From Gemmata obscuriglobus (GTDB lineage: Bacteria > Planctomycetota > Planctomycetia > Gemmatales > Gemmataceae): a DNA stretch of 32,000 nt. This document shows, in pieces, positions 16,685-24,046 of the stretch. Every line of letters starts with the position of its first letter. Position 1 is the first letter of the stretch. A model generated the notes under the pieces. That model ran no database searches and was not told where the DNA came from. It saw only the letters and a list, made by a program, of their open reading frames with translations. Both the position numbers and the translations under genes were made by a program. The DNA lies in NCBI RefSeq assembly GCF_008065095.1, contig NZ_CP042911.1:6630001-6662000 (forward strand), in the 5' to 3' direction.

Positions 16685-16723
16685 AGACCAGCGGCCGTAT
16701 TACCGGGTACGTGTATGAGCCGC

Positions 16724-16762
16724 CAGAAGCACAGGAATGTGCGTGCCACAAAGACACGAACC
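16724..16762. repeat. Solo, degenerate arm related to PAL-C
   Basis: cagaagcacaggaatgtgcgtgccacaaagacacgaacc resembles the right arm of PAL-C copy 1 (cagcacagacaagaatgtctgtgccacaaaaccaagac). It keeps a small gcaca-ggaa-tgtgc hairpin. Confidence 0.5.
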
Positions 16763-16796
16763 GGCCCGTGCGGTATCGTCGAGCAGATGTGAACCG

Positions 16797-16902
16797 GGTC
16801 CAAAGTCGTAAAGTCGAAGGTCGTAACGTCTATAATGACTTCGGCTGAGTTTACGACCTTCGACTTTGCGACGTTACGACTCAAGACATACGACTTTGGA
16901 CC
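16797..16902 (+). promoter_or_regulatory. Structured leader or repeat block immediately upstream of obg
   Basis: There are three perfect inverted-repeat pairs. A is ggtccaaagtcgta (16797-16810) with tacgactttggacc (16889-16902). B is aagtcgaaggtcgtaa (16811-16826) with ttacgaccttcgactt (16851-16866). C is cgtaacgtc (16822-16830) with gacgttacg (16870-16878). C overlaps B, so the B and C pairings are mutually exclusive. TATAAT lies at 16831-16836 in the B loop. The 3' half reads as 7-8-nt units: ttacgac cttcgac tttgcgac gttacgac tcaagac atacgac tttggac. The obg ATG is at 16910. Confidence 0.5.
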
Positions 16903-16909
16903 GACAGCT

Positions 16910-18031
16910 ATGTTCGTCGATCGCGTGGAACTGTTCGTGAAGGGCGGGGACGGAGGCCGCGGGGCCGCATCGTTCCGGCGTGAGAAGTACGTGCCGATGG
17001 GCGGCCCGGACGGGGGCGACGGCGGCGACGGGGGCTCGGTGATCGTCCGCGCCGACCCGAACGCCGACAACCTCGCCGGCCTCACGATGAAAAAGCACTG
17101 GAAGGCCAAGAACGGCGAAGCCGGCATGGGCTCCAAGTGCGCCGGGAAGAACTCCGAGGACATCGTCCTGCTCGTTCCGCCCGGCACCCTGGTGCGCGAC
17201 CGCGAGCGCGGCAACACGATCAAGGACCTCGTGGAACCCGGCGACGAAGTCGTCGTCGCGAAGGGCGGCCGGGGCGGGCGCGGGAACGTCCACTTCAAGA
17301 CCTCCACCAACCGCGCCCCCCGGCAGTTCGAGCCCGGTGAGGAGGGCGAAGAGCGCTGGGTGTCGTTCGAGCTGAAGGTCATCGCCGACGCCGGGCTGGT
17401 CGGGTTCCCGAACGCGGGCAAATCGACGTTCCTGTCGCGCGTCACGCGGGCCACGCCGGAAATCGCGTCGTACCCGTTCACCACGAAGTCGCCCAACCTC
17501 GGGATCGTCACCGTCGGTGATGCAGGCTTCGTACTCGCCGACCTGCCGGGCTTGATCGAAGGGGCGGCCCAAGGCGTCGGGTTGGGGCACGAGTTCCTCC
17601 GGCACGTCGAGCGGAACCGGGTGCTGATCCACCTGGTGGAGCCGTTCCCTTCTGACGGCTCGGACCCGATTCAGAACTACCACGCGATCCGCAAGGAGCT
17701 GCGCGAGTACAAGATCCCGCTCGACGGGCGCCCGGAAGTGGTGTGCGTGAGCAAGGCCGAACTCACCGGCGCCGACGAGGTGCGGGACAAGCTCGCCGCC
17801 GACCTGGGGCGCGAGGTGATGTTGATCTCCGCGGTCACGGGGCAGGGGTTGCAACTGGTGGTCGGCCGCGTGGCGACGCTGATTGCGGACCTCAAGCGTG
17901 CGGAGGCCGAAGAGGCCGCGCGGAAGAAGCCGCTGGAGTTCCCGACCGAAGCCGCCATCCGCACCACCGACTTCCAGACCACCGCGGTCATCAACATCAC
18001 CCCGCCCGCGGACGAAGGGGCCACGCCGTGA
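16910..18031 (+). CDS. obg: GTPase Obg/CgtA
   Basis: Starts MFVDRVELFVKGGDGGRGAASFRREKYVPMGGPDGGDGGDGGSV, the canonical Obg fold N-terminus. G domain motifs: GFPNAGKST, DLPGLIEGA, and the SKAE region. The track ORF start at 16835 adds 25 residues encoded by the repeat block. Confidence 0.95.
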   Translation: MFVDRVELFVKGGDGGRGAASFRREKYVPMGGPDGGDGGDGGSVIVRADPNADNLAGLTMKKHWKAKNGEAGMGSKCAGKNSEDIVLLVPPGTLVRDRERGNTIKDLVEPGDEVVVAKGGRGGRGNVHFKTSTNRAPRQFEPGEEGEERWVSFELKVIADAGLVGFPNAGKSTFLSRVTRATPEIASYPFTTKSPNLGIVTVGDAGFVLADLPGLIEGAAQGVGLGHEFLRHVERNRVLIHLVEPFPSDGSDPIQNYHAIRKELREYKIPLDGRPEVVCVSKAELTGADEVRDKLAADLGREVMLISAVTGQGLQLVVGRVATLIADLKRAEAEEAARKKPLEFPTEAAIRTTDFQTTAVINITPPADEGATP

Positions 18032-18789
18032 CGCCGGATGTGGTCGTCGACATCGGCAACACGCGACTGAAGTGGGGCCGGTGTGCCGGCGGGCAGGTGA
18101 CGGAGATGATGTCGCTCGCCGGCGACCGGCCCGACGAGTGGCACGCACAAATCGCGAAATGGGAACTGGGCGCATCGCTCAACTGGGCCGTGGCGAGCGT
18201 TCAGCCCGAGTGGCAGCAGCAGTTCACCCGGTGGGCCGAGTCGCGCGGTGATCGCGTGGCCGCCATCGCGCACGCCCACGTTCCCGTCCCCACCGACGTG
18301 ACCGAGCGGGAGCGGGTGGGCATCGACCGCCTCCTGAACGCACTGGCGGCGCTGGTGCGCGTCCCCGCCGGGTGGCCGCTGATCGTGATCGGCGTTGGTA
18401 CGGCGATGACCGTCGATTACGTCGATCCGGCCGGGGTGTTTCGCGGGGGCGCGATTCTGCCGGGGCCGTGGATGATGGCCCACGCGCTCCACGAGTTCAC
18501 CGCCAAGCTCCCCCTGGTGGAACCGCAACCCTTCGACCCGGATCGCTCGGTGGGGCGCAACACCCGCGAGGCGATCGAACTCGGCATCCAGTCCGCGGTC
18601 TTCGGCGCCGCCGACACGCTCGTCTGGAACATGTCGCAACTCAGCGACCTCAAACCGGTCCTCTTCGTCACCGGCGGCGGTGCGGACCTGCTGCGCGGCG
18701 CCGGGTTCACCGCGGACCTCGAAGGCGCGGTTTACGATCCGCTTCTCACACTCGACGGGGTGCGGCTGGCGGCGGAGTCGGTGACGTGA
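18028..18789 (+). CDS. coaX: Type III pantothenate kinase
   Basis: An in-frame GTG at 18028 overlaps the obg stop (GTGA). The product VTPDVVVDIGNTRLKWG...GIDRLLNALAA...VIGVGTAMTVDYV...FRGGAILPGP...NTREAIELGIQS...VTGGGA matches the CoaX/ASKHA motifs DIGNT, G(I/V)DR, GTA.T.D and GG.I.PG. The track ORF start at 17743 lies inside obg. Confidence 0.85.
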   Translation: MTPDVVVDIGNTRLKWGRCAGGQVTEMMSLAGDRPDEWHAQIAKWELGASLNWAVASVQPEWQQQFTRWAESRGDRVAAIAHAHVPVPTDVTERERVGIDRLLNALAALVRVPAGWPLIVIGVGTAMTVDYVDPAGVFRGGAILPGPWMMAHALHEFTAKLPLVEPQPFDPDRSVGRNTREAIELGIQSAVFGAADTLVWNMSQLSDLKPVLFVTGGGADLLRGAGFTADLEGAVYDPLLTLDGVRLAAESVT

Positions 18790-20045
18790 GCGACACGTTG
18801 GTGACGGTTCTGACCCCTCCCGGCACCGGGGCCATTGCCACCGTCGAGGTGCGCGGCCCGCGCGCGTGGGAACTGGCTCGAGCGCTCTTCAAGCCCGCCG
18901 GGAAGCCGTTACCGGAAGCGCCGGACGTTGACCGCTTCTGGTTCGGCACGCTGGGGGCCGATGAGGTGGTCCTGGCGATCACGGCGCCGGACGCGGTCGA
19001 GGTTCACTGCCACGGCGGCCGGCGGGTCGTGCGCTGGGTGGTGGAGCAGTTTCTTACGAGCGGGGCGCGTGAAGCAGGTGGCACGGGGCTTCCGCCCTGT
19101 GCAACGTCCGGCGACCCCTCCGGGGTGCAAAATCCTGAACTGACAACGCCCCGCGATCCTGATTTTCCCGCCCCGGAGGGGCCGGCGGGCGTAGCACAGG
19201 GCGGAAGCCCTGTGCCACCCTCCTGCGACCAGCCAACGGGTTCCCCCCTGCCCTTCGCCCCGACGCTCCGTACCGCGAGCATCATTCTCGATCAGCTCAA
19301 CGGCGCGTTCGCCGCCGAGGTGCGCCGCGTTCTGGCGCTGCTCGAAACCGATCCCCGCGCCGCCGCGTTTCCGTTACACCGTCTCGCAGAACTGGGTGAC
19401 ACCGTCGGGCGTCACTTGATCGAGCCGTGGAAGGTGGTAATCGCCGGGGCGCCCAACGTCGGTAAGAGTTCGCTCATCAACGCGCTCGCGGGTTACCAGC
19501 GGGCGGTGGTGTCCGATGTCGCGGGGACGACGCGCGACACGGTGAGCGTGCGGACCGCGTTCGACGGCTGGCCGGTCGAGCTGATCGACACCGCCGGCAT
19601 TCGTGACGCCGAAGGGTTAGAAGCCGAGGGCATCGCGCGCGCGAAGCGGGCTTTGGACGAAGCCGATCTGGTCGTGTGGGTGCTGGACGGGGCCGCGTTG
19701 CGGTTGGAATGGCCCGGGGCCGGCCGCCTCCACGTCGTCATCAACAAGAGCGACGCACTGGTGAACCGGAACGACATCGCCCGGACGCTACCGCTTGTCT
19801 CGGCGCGAACCGGTGAAGGCGTTCAGAACCTGGCGAACGACCTCGTCACGAAGCTCGTCCCCCAACCACCGGCAGCCGGGGCCGCGGTGCCGTACACGCC
19901 GCAACTCGTCGACCTCGTTCGCACCGCGGCGGAGCGCACAGCCGGCGGCGCGTGGGACGCGGCGGCGGCGCTGCTGCGCGAAGCCCTCGCGCAAGCCGAA
20001 TCCAGTAGTTTCAAGTTTGTTGGTTGTGCGCCACCCGCCTGCTGA
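18786..20045 (+). CDS. mnmE: MnmE/TrmE-family GTPase, atypical (internal palindromic insert, no C-terminal CxGK)
   Basis: A GTG at 18786 overlaps the coaX stop (GTGA). The N-terminus DTLVTVLTPPGTGAIATVEVRGP and HCHGG match the MnmE N-domain. G motifs: GAPNVGKSS, GTTRD, DTAG, NKSD. Compared with the E. coli MnmE sequence as I remember it, the PGEF..RAFLN.K.DL.QAEA segment is replaced by a Pro/Gly-rich insert of about 60 aa, the helical domain is shorter, and the protein ends ...KFVGCAPPAC rather than CIGK. Confidence 0.7.
   Translation: MSDTLVTVLTPPGTGAIATVEVRGPRAWELARALFKPAGKPLPEAPDVDRFWFGTLGADEVVLAITAPDAVEVHCHGGRRVVRWVVEQFLTSGAREAGGTGLPPCATSGDPSGVQNPELTTPRDPDFPAPEGPAGVAQGGSPVPPSCDQPTGSPLPFAPTLRTASIILDQLNGAFAAEVRRVLALLETDPRAAAFPLHRLAELGDTVGRHLIEPWKVVIAGAPNVGKSSLINALAGYQRAVVSDVAGTTRDTVSVRTAFDGWPVELIDTAGIRDAEGLEAEGIARAKRALDEADLVVWVLDGAALRLEWPGAGRLHVVINKSDALVNRNDIARTLPLVSARTGEGVQNLANDLVTKLVPQPPAAGAAVPYTPQLVDLVRTAAERTAGGAWDAAAALLREALAQAESSSFKFVGCAPPAC
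19077..19219. repeat. Nested palindromic element (PAL-C-like, copy 2) inside the mnmE-like CDS
   Basis: ggtggcacggggcttccgccctgtgc (19077-19102) against gcacagggcggaagccctgtgccacc (19194-19219): 26-bp arms with one mismatch. Each arm is itself a hairpin (gcacaggg-cggaag-ccctgtgc). The architecture GTGGCAC.G..TTCC..C.GTGC is shared with the element at 16474. Confidence 0.8.
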
Positions 20046-20057
20046 CGCAGGCGGGTG
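20032..20057 (+). terminator. Hairpin spanning the mnmE-like stop codon
   Basis: cacccgcctgc (20032-20042) and gcaggcgggtg (20047-20057) form a perfect 11-bp stem. The 4-nt loop tgac contains the TGA stop (20043-20045). There is no U-tract. Confidence 0.35.
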
Positions 20058-20117
20058 TAACCCAAACGTGTTCCGGTCCTGCGATTGATCTCATCAAGGC
20101 TGTCGCCAACTTGAAAC

Positions 20118-20173
20118 AATTTGACAGATCTCGCCCCCATCCGGTTGATCCTGTCAATCCTGTCAAAATCGCC
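20118..20173. repeat. Degenerate or partial PAL-A element
   Basis: The right half catccggttgatcctgtcaatcctgtcaaaatcgcc matches the PAL-A right arm. The left half aatttgacagatc is a decayed counterpart. The element sits between the convergent mnmE-like gene and the 1181-aa gene. Confidence 0.6.
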
Positions 20174-20227
20174 GCGTCCTGACAACACACCGGGCTGACA
20201 CGCGCCTCATCACGGCCGACCCGGAGA

Positions 20228-23200
20228 TCAGGTTTCCTGCGGCTCACTCGCGGGGCCGAACGCCGCGTGCGGGAGCTCCGGAGCCGGCACCGCCAGCTCC
20301 GCCGGCAGCTTTTGCTCGGAGGCAGGGCGGACTTCGCGCGGCGGCAGGAGGTTGTGGGTGAAGTCCCGCGGGCCGAACGGCGGCCGAACGGGGGCGCCCG
20401 GTGCGGCCGGTTGATCCGGGTGGGCGTCCCACACCTTCTCCCACTCCGCCCACGTCAGCTCGACGCGCCGGAACATCACCCGCCGGGCCTCCAGCGCGGG
20501 CGCAACGGCGGGGCGGCGGCCGGCCGGCGTGAGCGGCCGCAACTCGTCCCCCGGCTCGAACAGATCGTAGAGCACCGGCGGCCCTGACTCGAGCGGCCCG
20601 TACTGCACGAGCAGCCCGACCGGAGAAACGTCGAACAGGGCCGCCGGCGGCAGCGCGGCGCGCACCTGCTCGCGCACCAAATCGACGCCGGCGCGGCGGT
20701 ACAGGTACGCCAGTGCGTTCTCGAACTCCCGGGCGGGGCCGGGCGGCAGATCGGCCAGGAACCCGATCCGGTCCCAGCCCGCGACCAGCCAGCCGGAGCG
20801 GTCCTCCCACGCCAGCCACGCGTGCTCCCCCGCCCCCTCGGTGAGTTCGACGCGGATGCAGTTCGTGGCCAGTTGGACCTTCCCGACTTCGAGCACCGGG
20901 CCGCCCCACCCGTGGCGCCCGGCGCCCGGGTTGAGAACGGCGACCAGTTCCCGGGCGACGAACCGGCGGACCGCCTCCTCCAGTTCCTCAAGGGCCTGGC
21001 GGTGCGCGCGAACGTCCCGCCAGTTGTCCGTCCGAGTTGCTTCACGCTCGCCGGCCCGGAGCCGGGCGTACAGCCGCGGGAGCGTGCCGGAGTGGAACCC
21101 GCGGTGCAGCAGCCCCTTCACCGTCTCCCCGTGCGGCCCGACGGCAACGGGGCGCAGGGTCGTCGGCCGGTTCGCCCGGAACAGCCGCCAGTTCTCGCGC
21201 ATCTCCCAGACCAGGTACGTGAGGGCGTCCGGCATCAGCCACAGCGTGCCCATCACGAACACGAACCCCACCGGCTGGCTCAGGTACGGGGCGAGGGCGG
21301 CGACCAGCGGCGACCCGTAGCCGAGCGGGGAGCTGTGGTCCCGCACCAGGATCTGGGGCGACAGGAGCAGCAGCGGGTACACGAACTTCGCGCACAGCAG
21401 CGTGAGCGGGAGCTTCAGCGGGTTGATCATGGGCTCGATCAGGACGACCGCGTAGAACCGCACCAGGAACGCGAACGGCATCCAGACCAGGCCCGCGATC
21501 ACCCGCGCGATGACCGAGAGCGGGCCGGCGCGGCCGCGGAGCCGGAGCCAGTCCTCGGCGCGGGTGAGCACCCAGTCGAGCGCGTCGAGCAGGTCCCGGA
21601 ACAGGTCGTTTATCCAGGCGAGCACGGCCGGGGCGGACGCGAGCACGTCCAGGAGGCCGCGGGCGGCCGTGAGCAGCAGTTGCTCGGCCGCCCGCCCCGG
21701 CCGGGTGTTCACCACGAACACCGTGGCCGCGAGCGTGACCGCCCGGGCCGCCCAGCCGCCGTCCCAGAGCTGCTCGCGGAACAGCGCCCAGAGCACGCCG
21801 CTGAGGGCGAGCGGCTTCAGCCCGAGGTTCAGCACGGTCTGCCCCACCGCGCTGGCCACGACCGCCCGCACCCACGGGGTGCTCCACACGCGCGCGGGCA
21901 GGTCCCAGCACACGTACCGCGCGACCCGGTACCCCGCCCAGAAAACGGCCGACACCGTATCCCGGACCTGCGGCGACCGGATGGCCAGCAGGAAGAGCCC
22001 GCCCAGCGCCACCCACGCGAGGTGGAACCACCACTCCGCGTTCCAGCCCGAGAAGAACGCCGGCTCGGCCTCCCCCGCCCGTTTCGCCACCGCCGCCCGG
22101 CGGTCGAACACGAGCATCCAGACGAACTCGGCCAGCAGGAAGGCGCCCAGGAACGGGACCGCGACGTTGGTGACCGCCCACCGCCCGCCCTGCGTGCCGA
22201 ACCCGATCGCCGTCAGCCCTTCCAGGAGCCGGGTGTACGACTCGCCCCGCCGGTACACCCCGTCCATCAGGGCGGCCAGCCGCTTGTCCAGCCGCAGCAG
22301 CGGGTCGCCGCCCAGGTACTCGGGGCCGCCGCTCAGGTCCGGCAGCTTCATCTGGCCGCGGGCGATGGCGTCCCGGACGTCGGCGAAGGTGAGGAACCCG
22401 GACGCCGAGACGCGGTCGAGCAGCTCCTCGACCGCCTTCTCCAGGGCGGCCCGCTCGGGCAGGCTGGCGGGCTGCAGCCCGGCGTCGTGGAGCGCGTCGG
22501 TCAGGATCGGTCGGAACCGCTCCCGGAGCCGCCGCTCGGCCCGCTCGATGGCCCCGCGCAGCAGGGCCGCGAGGGCCTGCCGGTCGGCGTCGCTGAGCCG
22601 GGCCGCCGTGAGCCGGTGGAGGGCCGTTCGCAACTGGGCCGGCACCCGGACGAACCGCTCGCTGTCGAGCGGCCGGCGGATCGGCCGCTTCCCCACGGAC
22701 AGGACCCACTCGGCCGCGTCCAGGGCGTACACCGGCTCCTCGTGGTCGCGGCAGGCCCGCTGCAGGTCGTACAGGATGGACGCCTCGACCGGCCGCACCC
22801 CCTGGTCGGCCTTATCGAGGAGGGCCGGGAGCACCCGGCGCCAGTTCTCGGCCTCCTCGTCGCTCGCCCCGATGGCGCGCCGGAGGCGGTCCACCAGGGC
22901 GTGAACGTCCGCCCGTGCGGCCTCCTGGGTCGGGAGCGTGAGCACCGCCGGGGCGACCCGCGCGGCGCGGGTGCGGAGCACCGCGGCCGCGACCGTGTCG
23001 CCGGTCGCGGCCGCCCGCCGGGCGTGCCGGACGAGCTTGTGGTAGTAGTCGTGCGACTCGTCCGACTGGTCGTCGGTCCGCGGGGCCGGGTCCGGGGCGC
23101 CGGGCGGCCGGGTGCGGCGGAACAGCGCCGCGCCGTCCACCTCGCGGTCCAGCACCTGCGCCGCCTCGGCCGCCGACAGCCGCGGGAACGAGGACGGTAT

Positions 23201-23725
23201 CAGAGCGGGGTTGAAGAACCGGAGCTCCAGGAAGTACGCCGCGAACTCGAAGTACACCGCCCGGTCGTCGGCCTCCGGCGCGAGCTGCCGGTCCTCCAGC
23301 AGAACGTTCCGCACCTCCTCGAAGGCGGCCGGGCCGATCGCCTCGATCCGCTCGCGGAGCCCGTCCGGCGTAAGCGCCCCGAGCCGCGGCTCGATCTCCC
23401 GGTGCACGCAGGCGTGGAACAGCAGCCGCCAGTACCGGCCGAGCAACTCGTCCCGGCTGCCGGCCAGCAGCTCGGGGGCCGGGCGCTCGAGCAGGATGAC
23501 GTGCTGGGGCAGCGAGTGGTCCGAGGGCAGTTGGAGCTCGTCCGGCTCGACGTGCTTGAACAGCGTGAACCGGTCGACCACGAAGCAGTGGCTGTGGGGC
23601 ACCCGCCAGACCGCCCAGGTGCGCCCGGTCACCTTCTGAACGACCCGGGCGAGGACGGGCTCGGTGACGAGGACGACGGCCGGGTCGATGTCGCGGAGGA
23701 TCCGGCCAAGTTCTTCGACTCTCAT
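20228..23725 (-). CDS. Large uncharacterised membrane protein (about 1165 aa): helical N-region, roughly 8 TM segments, soluble C-region
   Basis: Track ORF 20228..23773 starts at a GTG. I prefer the ATG at 23725 (MRVEELGRIL), which has AGGAG 11 nt upstream. The composition is protein-like (W, F, Y, hydrophobic helices such as VAVPFLGAFLLAEFVWMLVF, WWFHLAWVALGGLFLLAI, VIAGLVWMPFAFLVRFYAVVLI), unlike the R/P/G/H-rich antisense 1342-aa ORF. I recognise no catalytic or nucleotide-binding motif. Confidence 0.8.
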   Translation of the reverse strand: MRVEELGRILRDIDPAVVLVTEPVLARVVQKVTGRTWAVWRVPHSHCFVVDRFTLFKHVEPDELQLPSDHSLPQHVILLERPAPELLAGSRDELLGRYWRLLFHACVHREIEPRLGALTPDGLRERIEAIGPAAFEEVRNVLLEDRQLAPEADDRAVYFEFAAYFLELRFFNPALIPSSFPRLSAAEAAQVLDREVDGAALFRRTRPPGAPDPAPRTDDQSDESHDYYHKLVRHARRAAATGDTVAAAVLRTRAARVAPAVLTLPTQEAARADVHALVDRLRRAIGASDEEAENWRRVLPALLDKADQGVRPVEASILYDLQRACRDHEEPVYALDAAEWVLSVGKRPIRRPLDSERFVRVPAQLRTALHRLTAARLSDADRQALAALLRGAIERAERRLRERFRPILTDALHDAGLQPASLPERAALEKAVEELLDRVSASGFLTFADVRDAIARGQMKLPDLSGGPEYLGGDPLLRLDKRLAALMDGVYRRGESYTRLLEGLTAIGFGTQGGRWAVTNVAVPFLGAFLLAEFVWMLVFDRRAAVAKRAGEAEPAFFSGWNAEWWFHLAWVALGGLFLLAIRSPQVRDTVSAVFWAGYRVARYVCWDLPARVWSTPWVRAVVASAVGQTVLNLGLKPLALSGVLWALFREQLWDGGWAARAVTLAATVFVVNTRPGRAAEQLLLTAARGLLDVLASAPAVLAWINDLFRDLLDALDWVLTRAEDWLRLRGRAGPLSVIARVIAGLVWMPFAFLVRFYAVVLIEPMINPLKLPLTLLCAKFVYPLLLLSPQILVRDHSSPLGYGSPLVAALAPYLSQPVGFVFVMGTLWLMPDALTYLVWEMRENWRLFRANRPTTLRPVAVGPHGETVKGLLHRGFHSGTLPRLYARLRAGEREATRTDNWRDVRAHRQALEELEEAVRRFVARELVAVLNPGAGRHGWGGPVLEVGKVQLATNCIRVELTEGAGEHAWLAWEDRSGWLVAGWDRIGFLADLPPGPAREFENALAYLYRRAGVDLVREQVRAALPPAALFDVSPVGLLVQYGPLESGPPVLYDLFEPGDELRPLTPAGRRPAVAPALEARRVMFRRVELTWAEWEKVWDAHPDQPAAPGAPVRPPFGPRDFTHNLLPPREVRPASEQKLPAELAVPAPELPHAAFGPASEPQET

Positions 23726-24046
23726 CCCCGAGAACTCCTGTACGTTCCGGGCGCGGGCGCCGCGTGCGGTCACGACCGGCTGGCCGGACCGCGTGCGAGA
23801 CGTCCGCGCGGGCCAGGCGGCGGTGCCGGCGCCTGGCGTTCGGAGAGAGGCTTATGTTACCCGCCCGGGCCGCCGGGGCCACGCCCGAGTCGAATCCGAC
23901 CGCTCCGAGTTCCCCGACTTCCGAGTTCGGCCCCGCGGCCCCACGGCCCCGCGGGCCGGCGAACAGGGGCCGGGGTTACCGTCGAAGGGCACTGGCGCCC
24001 GAGCCGAATTGAACGTCGCCGTTCGCGGTCACGGCTTGGCGCGGTT

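Noticed and set aside
23887-23900. tRNA-like T-loop motif gagtcgaatccgac in the ATP-grasp / large-protein spacer
   Set aside because: The flanking bases do not form a 5-bp T-stem, and no acceptor, D or anticodon arms can be drawn around it. I found no tRNA or rRNA genes in any intergenic region of the window.
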